Of a DNA stretch of 64,000 nt, positions 23,815-37,587 are shown one piece after another. Every line of letters starts with the position of its first letter. Within the stretch, counting starts at the first letter, position 1. The notes beneath the pieces were generated by a model that saw nothing but the letters and a program-made list of their open reading frames with translations, was not told the origin of the DNA and made no database searches. A program made the translations under genes and the position numbers. The stretch comes from Squalus acanthias (Eukaryota), in contig CM059453.1 in assembly GCA_030390025.1 (NCBI GenBank), positions 6,138,001-6,202,000 of the forward strand. The letters are read 5' to 3'.

Positions 23815-24968
23815 GTGCCGCATGGCAGACTGGTCAGGAGAATAAAAGCACATGGGATCCAAGGCAAAGTGGCAAATTGGATCCAAAATTGTCTCAGAGG
23901 CAGGAAACAAAGGGTAATGGTCGAAGGGTGTTTGTGTGACTGGGAGGCTGTTTCCAGTGGGGTTCCGCTGGGCTCAGTACTGGGTCCTTTGCTTTTTGAG
24001 GTATATAGCAATGATTTGGGCTTGAATGTAGGATGTATGATTAAGAAGTTTGCAGATGATACAAAAATTGGGCGTGTGGTTGATAATGAAGAAGAAAGCT
24101 GTAAACTGCAGCAAGATGTCAATGGACTGTTGAGGTGGGCAGAACAGTGGCAAATGAAATTAAATCCGGAGAAGTTTGAGGTAATGCATTTGAAGAGGGC
24201 TAGCAAGGCAAGGGAATAAACAATAAATGGCAGGACACTGAGCAGTGCAGAGGATCAGAGGGACGTTGGAGTGCATGTCCACAGATCCCTGAAGGTAGCA
24301 GGACAGGTAGATAAGGTGATTAAGAATGCATACGGGATACTTGCCTTTATTAGCCGAGGCATAGAATAAAGAGCAAGGAGGTTAAGCTTGAACTGTATAA
24401 AGCACTAGTTAGTCCGCAGCTAGAATACTGCTTGCAGTTCTGGTCACCCCATTACAGGAAGGATGTGATTGCACTAGAGGGGGTGCAGAGGAGATTTACG
24501 AGGATGTTGCGTGGGCTGGGGAATTTTAGCTATGAGGAAAGATTGGATAGGCTGGGGTTGTTTTCTTTGGAACAGTGTAGACTGCGGGGTGACCTAATTG
24601 AGGTGTATAAAATTATGAGGGGCCTAGATAGATTAGATAGGAACGTCCTATTTCCCTTAGCAGAAGGCTCAATAACCAGGGGCCATAGATTTAAGGTAAT
24701 TGGTAGGAGGTTTAGCAGAGATTTGAGGAGCATGCTTTTCACCCAGAGTGTGGTGGGGGTCTGGAACTCACTGCCTTAAAGAGTGGTAGAGGCAGAAACT
24801 CTCATCACATTTAAAAAGTATTTGGATGTGCACTTGAAGTGCCGTAACCTGCAAGGCTACTGATCAATTGCTGGAATGTGGGATTAGGCTGGATAGCTCA
24901 TTGTCGGCCGGCACCGATAAGATGGGCCGAATGGCCTCTTTCTGTGCTGTAAATTTCTATGTTTCTAA
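23815..24968 (+). mobile_element. CR1 LINE, 5'-truncated RT region + 3'UTR
   Basis: GVPLGSVLGPLLF, KFADDTK, QFWSPHYRKD; tail GGGCCGAATGGCCTC..TTTCTATG. Confidence 0.95.
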
Positions 24969-25047
24969 GAATGTGTTCTACTTGCTGCACTTGCTACCTT
25001 TGTCCATTAGATGGCGTGTGTTGTGATATGGTCGCTTTCCACACAAT

Positions 25048-25777
25048 GGCCCTGAAATTCTGGTCGAAGGCTTCACGCGGACGCAACCCCCCACCTGCAC
25101 TTAAGAAGCGCGCCTACCATTATGCTCTGGGCCCGCGCAGAATTCCGTTCCTGTGCCTGCTCCAGCTGCCGGTGCGCAGGGAACGCGTATCCCAGGGGCG
25201 AAGCTAGTTCGCAGCTTCCCTGGGATCACGTGGGCCATGGGGAGCTATTCGGAGCAGGGAACCTCCATTCATAGATTTGACAGGAAGATCTGTCAAATCT
25301 ATTGATAGAGATGGGCCCCAAAACCGAAATAAAATTTCAAATACATTTTTTTTTATCACATTTTTAAACTAACTATAAATTACATAAATTAACTACTTTA
25401 AACAAAAAACATTAATTATTTAAAAATATAATTAATGTTTTTAACGGTGCTAAAAATAAACTTACCTTTCTTTAAAGTACTTTAAAATGATAAATCTGTG
25501 GAAAAAATGTTTTACTTTTACTTTCTTCACCTCTTACCTTGTTGAAAGCAGGCCTTGCTCCTGCTTTTTCTACACGCAGCTGGTAGGGACTTAGCCACAC
25601 TGCATCAACAGAGAAAAACACGGAAGTTCGATGCGTACGCGCTGCCTCTCCGGCGCACGCGGTTCACCTCCGAACCCCTTCCTTCAAGAGAACGGAAGTT
25701 CCGGTTTCCAGCGCATGCGCACTTCCGTTGGCCCTACACAGCGCGTACTCACACGGAGGGAACGGAATTTCAGGTCC
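25048..25777. mobile_element. MITE (Harbinger-like), family B
   Basis: TIRs GGCCCTGAAATT...AATTTCAGGTCC. Related to 32954-33718 and 39338-40077. Confidence 0.8.
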
Positions 25778-25823
25778 ATCCTCTCAATAAAAGACACAAC
25801 GCCAAAGGCCATTTGAACCACTT

Positions 25824-26960
25824 TGTACACAAAGAACAGGAATCTTCGGCTTTTTAAGGGGAATCACAACCGGAAAACCTATTAATGCTTGTAAAGTTCC
25901 TCTTGGAATTTCTGTTCCTATTAGCAACACAGTCTGGGTGTATTGGGTTGAATTATAAAAAAGGGTGGAGATTTACCAAGGTGATTCTTTGCTACTTTTC
26001 ATGCAAATTACCTGGCTGTGGCTTGGAACATAGCGCCATTTTATGGAAATCAACGTGCTTTTTAAATTTCATAAGGACATTGGAGGCAATGTGAGGCAAG
26101 TAATTTATTTCATATTTTGTACTGAGTTTCAGTAACCAATCGTTAGCAGCCTCTGTAAGAACAAGCCATTAGCTGCAAGAACTTGCTATAACTTGAGCAA
26201 ACTTAAAAAGCTGACCAAATGTTATATCCCAGCATACTTCGGGAGGCTGAGAGGTCAGTTCCTGTAGGAACATTGTATGAAAGCTGTTAATCAGATAAGG
26301 ATGCAACAGACGGTTGGGCGTTACAAAGACAGGAACACCTTCTGGCATCTGGTGTGAAGGGCCTTGGGGGCCCACTGATAAGAGGAAAACAGCCGCCGAC
26401 CATTTGTCACACAGTTTGGGACACAGACGCATAGAGGAGCCTGCCCAAGTTTTTAGGGTATAAGATATGCTGTTTTAAGACACTCGGGGTTACTGCAGTT
26501 GGGGGCAAGCGACCTGGTCAGTTGCCCATTAAAGACGTACGTCTAGCCATCTCCGAACTGACCACTCGCTGGTGTTAGTACGTGTGTAGTGTTAGCTTAT
26601 TATCGTTTGAGCATAAACTAAGGGAATAAACCTGTGCATGCTTAAATATAATCGTGAGTATTATATGCAACAGTTTTGTGTGAGCTTACTTGTAACCCCT
26701 TGCTCAATTTAAGAAAGTTATTTTTCCTTGATTTTAAAGTAAGCGAATAAACCTGTGTATGTTGAGATATAATCAGGTGTATTATATGCAGCAGTTTTGT
26801 GTGAGCTTATTTGTTACCTCTTGCCGATTTTATTTAAAAAAAAGAAAGTAATTGTCGAATACTTGTGTTTTGTGTTGTCTGTTCCACGGGTCTGAACTTT
26901 GTAAACTGTCGGACGGTTAAGGGACAAAAGTGAATTTAAACGTCATCATTGGGCTGAACT
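25824..26960 (+). mobile_element. LTR-like repeat with an internal ~120-bp duplication
   Basis: TATAAG, two AATAAACCTGTG..TATTATATGCA.CAGTTTTGTGTGAGCTTA copies (~26625, ~26746). Termini and TSD not resolved. Confidence 0.35.
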
Positions 26961-26965
26961 GTATT

Positions 26966-27190
26966 CATAGAATCCTAGAATAATACAGCACAGAAGGGGA
27001 CATTCGGCCATATTGCCTGTGCCGGCACTTTGAAAGTGCTATCCGATTAGTCCCACTCGCCTGCTCTAACCCCATAGCCCTGCAAATTATACCTTTTAAT
27101 ATATGTATCAAATATCCTTTGTAAAATTACTATTGTCTCTGTTTCCACTATCCTTTCAGGCAATGCATTCCAGAATATAACTATTCTCCG
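26966..27190 (-). mobile_element. CR1 3' tail fragment
   Basis: CATAGAATCCTAGAA..ACAGCACAGAAGG..ATTCGGCC is the reverse-complement CR1 tail. Confidence 0.75.
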
Positions 27191-27947
27191 TCCATTCACT
27201 GCAACATTTTCCCAAATTTACTTTCCAGCACTTTTTAGTGTTCTGACAGTGGCTTTCTGTACATTTCCCCATACCATCACCCCACATATGTGATCAGCAG
27301 TTACAGTCGCTTAGGTCATGCAGTGTGAAACTCCCTTGCCATCCTCCTCGCCTCTCTACTTCTCTATCTTCCGTCAAAACATTCTAACGGTCCTAGCATT
27401 CTATCTACTCTATCAAAACCCCTTAAACATTCTTCAATGTCTTTGCGTTCTGCAACACAGTAAAGACAGTGGCTCAAATGAACGGACAGATGATAATCAA
27501 AAGTGAACTGATTTCGCATACTGAAAAGGAGGCAGAAATAACCAGTGACCCATTATTATAACACATTATAATCTTAGTTCATCCTTTTAGCTTCTCTTGA
27601 ATTGACATAGAGAATGAAACAAATCAGATCACAGGAAGATTCCTCTGCTGCCCTTGTTTTATTGACAGTTAAACATATTGGGAGGATTTATTTCTATTAA
27701 AAGCATAACATGCCTTATACTCATGTTTCCTGCAGTTGTTCAAGTCTCACTTTAAATTAGAAACTGATTTTCAGGCGCAGCAACCAATACAGTCATTTTC
27801 TGGTGCTTTGTTGCAAAATTTCTTTGCAAACTAGTCCCCAGTTGTGAGGGTTCATATTGTGGGCCAATGCATTTCAACAGATTGACAGACAAAACGATGT
27901 TAGAAGTGGTTTGTAAAATAGTTATTTGCACAGAATAGGGAAAAAAA

Positions 27948-28815
27948 TGAATCATAGAGTCAGAGAATGGTTGCAGAACGGAAGGAGGCCATTCGGTCGT
28001 CGAGTCCGTGCCGGCTCTCTGCAAGAGCACTTGAGCTAGTCCCACTCCCCAGCCCTTTCCCCGTAGATATGCAATCTTTTTTCTTTCAGGTGCTTATCCC
28101 TTTTGAAAGCCACGATTGAGTCTTCCTCTGCCATTCTTTCAGGCAGTGCATTCCAGATCATAACATTTCGCTGCCTCAAGAAGTGTTTCCTCATGTTGCC
28201 TTTGGTTCTTCTGCCAATCACCTTAAATCTGTGTCCTCTGGTTCTCGACTGTTCCACCAATGGGAAAAGTTTCTCTCTATCCACCCTGTCTAGACCAATT
28301 ATGATTTGAACACCTCTATCAAATCTCCTCTCAATCCTCTCTGCTCTAAGGAGAACAATCCCAGCTCCTCTAGTCTATCCACGTGACTGACGTCCCTCAT
28401 CCCTGGAACCATTCTTGGAAATCTTTTCTGCACCATCTCTAAGGCCTTCACATCCTTCCTAAAGTGTGCTGCCCAGAATTGGACACAATACTCTAGTTGT
28501 GGCCGAACCATTGTTTTATAAATGGTTCATCATAACTTCTTTGTTTTTGTACTCTATGCCTCTATTTATGAATCCCAGGACACCGTTTGCCTTTTTAACC
28601 GCTTTCTCAAACTGCCATGCCAACTTCAACGACTTGTGCACATATACCCCCCAGTTCTCTCCATGACCCCCTTTTAGAATTGTACCCTTTGGCTTGTATT
28701 GCCTCTCCTCGTTCTTCTTTTCAAAATCTGTCAATTCACACTTTTCTGCGGTAAATTTAATCTGCTGCGTGTCCGCCCATTCCACCAGACTATGTATGTC
28801 CTCTTGAAGTCTATG
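27948..28815 (-). mobile_element. CR1 LINE 3' fragment
   Basis: VRPQLEYCVQFWAAHFRKDV, KANGVLGFINRGIEYK. Absent from the paralogous site near 40740. Confidence 0.92.
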
Positions 28816-28987
28816 GTTAATGTTGAAAAGCAAAATTGACCAAAAAGTCACATTCCCTACTCTATTTGAACTAACTCGAGCTGTGAATTTAAATAAAAAA
28901 ATGTCACTTATTTTCTGAACGAAATCCATTCTCATTGTCCTTTTTGCAATGCAATGGTGTCTGTTTTACTTCATAACATCAGGTGTG

Positions 28988-29200
28988 TTAATGTGTTGTC
29001 AGTTTCAAGACCATCCGCCCTGGCAGTATAAATCCTGTTATCTTTATTGTTGCATATTCGCAGATCTCCTCATCTTGGATATAACACTCATGAAAGCGGA
29101 TGTTTGAGACAGTGATAGTCGAGAACAAAATCTCCTCATTCTGAGCTGCTTCAGTCAATTGTGCGGCGCCCCGACCAGCCTCTGGAAACTGATCGTCCCT
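28988..29200 (-). pseudogene. Orphan Siglec-like terminal exon (RDDQFPEAG...EEILFSTI...EICEYATIK...)
   Basis: ttgcag/ acceptor; paralog of 40952-41125; ITIM Tyr replaced by Phe; native stop lost. Confidence 0.8.
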
Positions 29201-29479
29201 CTGCAACGGATGACATTTGCTTTAGATATGGAGCTATTGCAGATATGGAGCTGAACGCGATGAGAGTATGCTGTCTGCACCAGAACAAATCTCACAATTT
29301 TTACCTCGTTAGTGTTCTATTGGCACTGGTCCATGAGATGAGCGCTGTGAAGTTTTGATGCAATAAACACAGATCGTCCAATTATATATTCGGACGAGTT
29401 CATAGAACTGGGGTGTGGGACTAAATTTGATACATCATTCACAGGTACGGTGGGCCGACTGGCCTCCTTGTGTGCTGTA

Positions 29480-30915
29480 CAATTCGATGAAGCCAAGGCT
29501 GTTAAATGGCATACTGGATCCTGGGCTTTATATATTGAGGTATAGGGTACGATAGCAAGGGAATTACGCTTAACCTTTCTAAATCAGTGGTTCGGCATCG
29601 GCTGGAGTATTGGGCCGAAATTTGCGGTTGGGGGCGTCTCTCCGGAGTACGCCTCCCACCGAGAAAAATACGAAACTTTCTGGTGTCTCCGGAACGGCGA
29701 AGTCTTGCTTTCCTGGGCCTCCAGGCGTACGGCTGCGTCATGACCCACGTGATCCCAGGGACACAGTCGATTCGGAACAGTCCCTAGGATCATGCGGGCC
29801 AGTTCAACCAATTAGAAAGGGGGATTCCTCGTCAGCTTATGGGGATTCCATTTACGAAGGGAATCCCCATAACCTTATGAGAAATCCCCAAATAAATAAT
29901 AATTAACACAATTCTAATAAAAATAAATATTTCCATGTTCAAAATCAATTCAAAATCAAATTGATTAAGCATTTAAAATAAAAAATATTTTTTTGGAAAG
30001 TAATAAAAACTATTTTAGTCTAGCCGAAATTTACATGAATTAATTTTAAATGTTTTTCTATATTTGAATCATGTTTAAACTTTTAACTTATCATTCATTT
30101 TAGCACTTACACTGGTAAAAATAGGCCCTTCGCCTACTTGGACCTGGCGTAAGGGTTTCATGGGCATTCGTTCGGCAGCGGTTAGGCAAATAGTCCAACT
30201 CTGTACCAACGAAAGTGTTTTTGGGGTGGATACGCACGATTTGTCAGGAGAACCTTGACAGAATGCAAGCACCGGGTTTTCGCGCATGCGCACCTGCGGA
30301 TACCTTGAAATTGCGTGGTCTTTTTGAGGGGTTGTGGCGGCGTTCGCTGTGCATTCACCGTCATTGGCTCCGCAAAATCCGGGCCATTATTACGTGCAAT
30401 TCTGTGTGCAATACTGTCGGAAGGATGTCAAGGCTATACAGAGGACACAGAGGAAATTTACTAGAATTATAGGAGGGCGGTGGACCTGCATTTAAGTGTA
30501 GAATCTAGAGAATCTGGGATTGTTCTCCTGAAACCACGAAGTTTTACGGGAGATCAGATAGAGGTGTTCAAAATTAAGCAGAATTTTGATAGAGTAAATA
30601 AGGATTCACTGTTTCCATTGGCAGGAGCGTCGCTAATCAGAGGACACCGTTTTAAGACAATTGGAAAGGAACCAAATGAGAAATGAAATGTTTTTTAAGC
30701 AGCGAGTTGGCAGTGTGATGCACTGCCTGAAAGGGTGTTGGAAGCATATTCAATAGTAACTTTCCAAAGGAAATTGAATACAGGCATGAACATGAAAAAT
30801 AAAAATTAGGGCTAAGCAAAAATCAGGGGAATTGGAAAACTTGGTTAGCTCCTTCAAAGGGCCAGCACAGGCACCGTGGGCGGAATGGCCTCCTCCTGTA
30901 CTGAATGATTCTAAG
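29480..30915 (+). mobile_element. Old CR1 fragment interrupted by a MITE
   Basis: CR1 RT-region text on both sides of 29612-30385. The uninterrupted paralog is at 44110-44745. Confidence 0.8.
29612..30385. mobile_element. MITE (Harbinger-like) with ATT target duplication
   Basis: TIRs GGGCCGAAATTTGCGG...CCGCAAAATCCGGGCC, ATT on both sides, empty site at ~44212. Confidence 0.85.
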
Positions 30916-31667
30916 ATTATTAAGACGGAAGCGCTGCTATGCAATTACCGATTGGTCAAAACCTTCCATCAGTGTACAGCGTGTTAAACATGTCTAATCC
31001 GCTGAGACGGCTGTGAAGTGTCCGTCAGATTTCCCATACACGGTTGGACACTCGGAAATGTAGCATCGTTGAGATCAGAGTGCACGGTTTTCAGTTCCTC
31101 CCCATGCCTTCGTCCGCGGACGCTTCCTCCTTCTGTAATAAATCAGCTTTAGGTAACCCGGGATGGCAGTGCGCTGCATTGCAGAATTGCTCTCAATGGC
31201 TTTTACCGATGCAGTTGATCAATGAAGCACCGAAAGTAATCAATTCGCTCATTGATCAATCTTTGCTGAGGAAATCCAAATGGACTCGGAGACCCGGGTT
31301 GGAGAGGGGCAATTCAACCATAGTATTTATCGCTATTCAGTGAAGCCTGCTGCAAGTAGCCTTTTCCATATCCTGTGAGGACAGTAGCAGACTCCGTGGT
31401 ATTGGGCCTCGGGACAAACCCCGTAGTGAAGGGAGGCATTGCAAAAAAGCATCTTAAGCGAGAGATTGGAGACATCGAACTCCAGCAAGCGTTCAGGTTG
31501 GAAGTGGAGAATATTGGGGCAAATACTGCAAGCAAGAACAATGAGCGTTTCCAATGTCTTGAATGTAAAAACTTGTCGTATCTCTTCGTTGTTATAATTG
31601 GTTCGGTTAGACAAAAAACTGAATTTTGGAGATTCAGAGAAACGTCCTCTCTAAGTTCTGGTCCTTT

Positions 31668-31710
31668 TCAAGTAAATTTAATCGCTGCATATTCGCTCCT
31701 CTCTTTGCAA
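31668..31710 (-). pseudogene. Internally deleted Siglec-like terminal exon remnant (KERSEYAAIKFT*)
   Basis: Homologous to 6108-6148. The flanks 30950-32860 are an inverted paralog of 4330-6850. Confidence 0.8.
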
Positions 31711-31719
31711 CAGAAACAA

Positions 31720-32042
31720 CACGTGCTGCATAAAAAAGAGGACACGTGGTGCAGATACAGAAATAACACGTGGTAGAGATAGACATAGAGCACGTGGTAC
31801 AGATACACAAAGAACACGTGATACAGGCACACCAAGGAAACGTGGTACAGATCCAATAAGAACACGTGGTACAGATAGACAAAGAACACGTGGTACAGAT
31901 ACACAAATAACACGTGATACAGGTACACCAAGGACACGTGGTACAGATCCAATAAGAACACGTGGTACAGACAGACAAAGAACACGTGGTATAGATACAC
32001 AAAGAACACGGGATACAGATACACAAATAACACGTGGTACAG
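31720..32042. repeat. 24-bp minisatellite (CACGTGGTACAGATACACAAAGAA), ~13 copies
   Basis: Direct tandem repetition. Confidence 0.95.
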
Positions 32043-32953
32043 CGATACTAAGAAGGTTTACTGCTTCGATTTAACCAGAATCAGTGTTAGGAAACACAAC
32101 ATACGGGGATAGAGCGACTCACTCTGTTCTCTCTTACCTTCGCATTCTGTGTGTTAGCGACATGTAAATATAGTTATTATGGCGAATTCGGATGTATGTG
32201 CTGTATCTGGCTATGGCCAGTAGGTGGCGCGGTGGGTACACTGCATTTGATTCCGTTACACACTGTCAGCACACGGGAGATCTAATGCTACTTACCACTA
32301 ACTGACTGTTCTTGTCAGTTCCCAATGTATCCTTCCGTTTCAGAACACGTTGGAGTAGGATTGTTCTTGGACGGAAGCGTAAAACAGAACGCCCGCCTGT
32401 CATACGTCCCTCTTACTATTTAATACCCTGCGATGCGATAATGCCAGTTTTTGCTGCCGCCCGCGATGAATTTCTAATCTGGCTGGCGCACGGTTATAGT
32501 ACTTTCAATTGTTCTCTCGGATCCAGTGGACATTGTTAACTCAAGCGCACTGGCTACCAATTGTTTCCGTGCTCACAGTTGTGCCTGGCCCCAGACATAC
32601 CCAGCCAAGTGGGCCGGTGATCAGGTTGGAAGGGGTCACTCTGCAGTGACCAGGAATTGGTTCACTGACTTTTTCATTCCATTTAGCGTCGATGTCATTC
32701 AGAGTGCGGCCGCTGCCAGCCTTGCACAGACCTGCGCTTGAAGCATGGGACCTCCTTACACCTGGCGCGGACTTCACCCTCAGAACTAATGTGTTAGCTG
32801 TGATATAAGCCAGCAAGGCAATTAGTACATAACTAATCCATTGGTTGCACAGCACTTTCTATATATAAACCACACGAATCCCTCGATTAGATTCCAGCTT
32901 GTAACTCACTCACCGAGTATCCGTTATTCTATATATAAACCACACAAAACAAT

Positions 32954-33718
32954 GGGCCAGAAATTCGGCTGCCTGGCTTCCCGCGGGTGCAAGGATCGCG
33001 CGCGCACCTACCTACCGCGCCTGCCGTTGACCACTGGGCCCACGGCGACTTCGGCTCCTGGACTCCTGCAGCTGCAGGCTGGCAGTGCTTCTGTTTCCCA
33101 GGGGCGTAGTTAGTGCGATGCGTCCCCTGGGATCACGTGGGCCATGGAGAGCCAATGGCAGCAGACCATCTTTCATTCATAGATTTGACAGGAAGAACTG
33201 TCAAATCTATGAATACAGATCGGCCCCAAAACATCCCTAAAACTACAAATATTTTTTTTTAAGAACATCACATTTGTTAAATAAGTATAAATTACATTAA
33301 TTAACTACTTTAAGGAAAAATTTAAATTTTTGAAAGAATTAGTTACATTTTTTAACGGGGCTAACACTAAACTTACCTTTCTTTAAAGTAATTAAAAAAG
33401 ATAAATCTGTGAAAAAAATGTTTAAATTTTAATAAAATCAACACTTACCTTGTTAAAAGAAGGCCTTGCGCATCCTTTTTAATAGTGTGTCATCTCCGTG
33501 CTTACCTTCACGGAGGAACCTGTAAAAATATCCGAAGTGCGAGGCGAACGCGCTGGCCCTCAGGCGTGCGCGTTCGACCTGTGAACCCCTTTCCTCAGGG
33601 GAACGGAAGTGCCGGCTTCCCGCGCATGCGCAGTGCATGTAAGATACCGGCACTTTCGTTCCGCCCACGGTTGAGTACACAATGCGTACTCACCCGACAA
33701 CAGCCGTATTTCTGCCCC
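32954..33718. mobile_element. MITE (Harbinger-like), family B
   Basis: TIRs GGGCCAGAAATT...ATTTCTGCCCC; homologous to 25048-25777. Confidence 0.8.
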
Positions 33719-34306
33719 ATGATATCACAATCCAATCGCGAAGTCATTGTTGGGTATCTGTTAATGTACACATAAGCCATTCGAACCTCCTCGTTAGATT
33801 TCAGCATATGACCTATATTTAGTTGTGCTTTTACCCATTTATAAACAGTGCAAACTGCTAGATTGGATCCATTAGCCAATACTTTTGGCTGGTATGCGGT
33901 CTGTCTTCAACACTTTTCGATTTCACTGGGAATACAAATTGGAGATAATCTTCACGAACCATTGCAGGTGCCAATGCATACATCTCTTGTCACAGTTACG
34001 TTTACAACAGTCGCAGATCAACAACTCTTCTGCTGAAGTTTGACGTTTAATAGTTTCACGCCTTCGTAGCCTCGCTCTGAATTACTGTCAGTTCAACTAT
34101 GAATTAAAGATGACCCATTTTGATATGTGTCCCATTCCCTATCATGGTACTGCTCAAACTCTGCAGCTGAAACTCTTATAGCTATCAACAAAAAGAGATC
34201 GCATCGCATTTCACTGAGTTAGTTTTCAATTGGTGAAGGTAGGCGATGTAAAAATTAGTTCTCTCACTTTGCACTCCCATTGCCCTTTAGCCACAATATT
34301 GTATAT

Positions 34307-35020
34307 TGGCCCGGATTTTGTAGTTGGTGTTGTGGGGTAGAGTACGGTGCAATTCCTCCTTTGAAATCCACCGCAAGTTAGGGATTTCCGCATGCTCTTT
34401 CTGGAACTTGCGGGTTGTCAGTTTACGTGCTGACAGGCCAGCCACGCGGACCAAGAGAAAGCAATTACTGGCCAGAAATTGCACACGGAAATTTTACGGT
34501 TGATGCGCACAGGCGAAGGGTATGTTTGCATCTGCGTAAGGGGATTTTTCAGGCATGATTGCAACATGTTAATGCCGTAAATTATACACATACACTGCAT
34601 AAAATGAGTTTCCGCAAATATTGGCCCAGTTTATAGTTTTAAAGATGTTGAAAAATATTATGAAAAAATAATTTTTTTAGTGAGGTTGGTGGAATGATGC
34701 TAATTACGATCTAAATTCCAATTCTGTAAATTGTAATTGGCCTGGTTTTGTGATTATATTACATCTCATTACTGGTATCCCTTCGGAAATGATTAAAATC
34801 GAATTCTGCTTTGTGATTGGAGGACCAGGCCCACGTGACCACAGGTACACTTCCGCACCGCCTGCGTCCCTGGGATCATAAAGCCCTTTCATTGCCTTCC
34901 GCCTCCCATTCTCAGACAGCAAGTTTTCGCAACCTCGCCGCCATCAGGTCGGTGCCTAATTCTTTCACCTGTCGGAGGCGTACACGGGACGTACACCACC
35001 AAGCGCAATTTCTTCCCCAT
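34307..35020. mobile_element. Harbinger-like MITE(s)
   Basis: GGCCCGGATTTTG start, internal GGCCAGAAATTGC, ATTGG..GGCCCACGTGA motif, end GCAATTTCTTCCCC. Confidence 0.6.
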
Positions 35021-36403
35021 TAGGCCCAGTCTTTTCCTGAATTAAAACTATTAATAATAATCGACAACATTCGCCTCAGTTTATTGCTGGCTCTGCATTT
35101 CCAACAAGCAGCAGTCCAGGAATTCATGAAAAGTCAAAAAGAAAATCGATGAGCTCAAATTTCATTCAAGAGACACAGATGGAATTCTTCTCTTTGATTA
35201 TTCGAGTTTTGTTTGCATGATAAGAAATTGAAAATTTACAGCATTTAAATTATATTGTTCGATCATGTACAAGTACAGAAGTGGTTTTAAATGGCGCAGT
35301 GTTATACTTGTGCATTAATAATTCACTAGCCTCAGATTAATACTGTGCGACAATAACTTACGAATGTTAAAAACATACACAACTTGAAATGGCACTCGGA
35401 GGATCGGTGCAAGGGAGAAACTACTGTTGAGATGTCACTGTGTCAGAATACCGTTGGAATTCTAAACAGCACATTGAAAAGACATCGGTGTAGATTATTA
35501 ACATGAGCTCGCCCTTTTAAATTGGAATGTCCATTAGTATTAAACAAATTAACGTGGAATCCACAGCTCCACTTTTGTGGCGGGGTGTAATTGATGATAT
35601 AGNNNNNNNNNNNNNNNNNNNNNNNNNNNNNNNNNNNNNNNNNNNNNNNNNNNNNNNNNNNNNNNNNNNNNNNNNNNNNNNNNNNNNNNNNNNNNNNNNN
35701 NNNNNNNNNNNNNNNNNNNNNNNNNNNNNNNNNNNNNNNNNNNNNNNNNNNNNNNNNNNNNNNNNNNNNNNNNNNNNNNNNNNNNNNNNNNNNNNNNNNN
35801 NNNNNNNNNNNNNNNNNNNNNNNNNNNNNNNNNNNNNNNNNNNNNNNNNNNNNNNNNNNNNNNNNNNNNNNNNNNNNNNNNNNNNNNNNNNNNNNNNNNN
35901 NNNNNNNNNNNNNNNNNNNNNNNNNNNNNNNNNNNNNNNNNNNNNNNNNNNNNNNNNNNNNNNNNNNNNNNNNNNNNNNNNNNNNNNNNNNNNNNNNNNN
36001 NNNNNNNNNNNNNNNNNNNNNNNNNNNNNNNNNNNNNNNNNNNNNNNNNNNNNNNNNNNNNNNNNNNNNNNNNNNNNNNNNNNNNNNNNNNNNNNNNNNN
36101 NNNNNNNNNNNNNNNNNNNNNNNNNNNNNNNNNNNNNNNNNNNNNNNNNNNNNNNNNNNNNNNNNNNNNNNNNNNNNNNNNNNNNNNNNNNNNNNNNNNN
36201 NNNNNNNNNNNNNNNNNNNNNNNNNNNNNNNNNNNNNNNNNNNNNNNNNNNNNNNNNNNNNNNNNNNNNNNNNNNNNNNNNNNNNNNNNNNNNNNNNNNN
36301 NNNNNNNNNNNNNNNNNNNNNNNNNNNNNNNNNNNNNNNNNNNNNNNNNNNNNNNNNNNNNNNNNNNNNNNNNNNNNNNNNNNNNNNNNNNNNNNNNNNN
36401 NNN

Positions 36404-36459
36404 TGGAGACTATCCTCGCCTGTTACGTGGGATACCGCGGTTCAATTCCCCGATGGAGG
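36404..36459 (+). pseudogene. Degenerate tRNA-Asp-like sequence (3' two-thirds visible)
   Basis: TGGAGACTATCCTCGCCTGTTACGTGGGATACCGCGGTTCAATTCCCCGATGG resembles tRNA-Asp(GTC) ...TATCCCCGCCTGTCACGCGGGAGACCGGGGTTCGATTCCCCGACGG. The 5' part lies in the N-run. Confidence 0.7.
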
Positions 36460-36519
36460 GCACGATTTTTCCGACATGGAGTCGCTGGCCGAATGGCCTC
36501 CTTCTTTGCCGTTATGACG

Positions 36520-36576
36520 ATCTATTTTTCTATCTGTCTGTCTAACTATCTATCTATCGATCTATTTATCTATCAT
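36520..36576. repeat. Imperfect (TATC)n microsatellite
   Basis: Direct observation. Confidence 0.7.
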
Positions 36577-37587
36577 CGGCTGTCTTTCTGGTTTATTTCT
36601 GTATTGTAAGATAATTTCCTTTCCTAAAAAAAAGGTTGATTTTGAAGTCAAATTGCATCTTTTAGGGCAAGAAAGAGGAAAGGAGGATAGGAACGTGAAG
36701 GAAAGGAGCCCGGGAAAACAGGCTGCGAGAGAGGGAGCTCTGACTTTACCCTTGTGAAAAACTATTCCAATGAACGGACGGTTAGAAAGGAGCACGTCGA
36801 AGTTGACAGATTAGTGGGTAACTTTGTACTGTGGCGATTATAGAAAAGTGTGGGAGTAGTGGGAAGTTGACGGGGTAGGCGATGTGATTGGATTGAAGAT
36901 ATTGGGGAAACATAAATGATTGGGGAACAGATGGGAAGGGCATTGTTGTCGAAGCATTTTCCCTGAATATGTCAGGACAAATTCAAAATACAGGCATTGG
37001 TGAGTCCTTTCCGCAACCGGACCATGCAATAACAACGACACTGAAACGAGATAAGAAAGTTACAGAAATATAGAGAATTAGAAGGCGGCGAGACAGAAGT
37101 GGAAAGAGTTAATGGATGAGAAGCAAAAGAGATCAGAGAACGAGTGAACGAGAGAGTGAGAGTAGCGAAAGAGGAGATAGAGGAAGCAAACACGCAATGA
37201 GAAGTCCTCAGAGAAACGTAATAGAGACCAGACTCTCTGACCTGACACGCGTCGAGTGACTCGGAAGGTCGAATAAGAAAATATTTCAAAAATGCATCTG
37301 ATGCAATTACTGTCAACATTTCCCACCATAACTTCCTGTGGGCTTATTTCTAATGGAACCTGGCTGTGTGAACTGATCAAACTGTAATTACACCCTCCCG
37401 CAATTTCACCTGGGTACATGGCCAGCTATGTGGGTGGAGCATGATTGGAGCCAATTAAATCGTCAAAAAAGGCAGAAAGTCACGTGTTTTCGTGAGTGAG
37501 CGGAAATCGGATTGACTGGTCCTGAGATTTTTTTTTTAGCGCTGATGCACATTCAGGGCTCAAATCAAATACTTCAGAATAAATGAT

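Noticed and set aside
35527-36609. 360-aa ORF and other X-containing ORFs
   Set aside because: Artefacts of translating N-runs.
36605-37392. Possible LTR (TGTAA...TTACA)
   Set aside because: No target-site duplication or other support.
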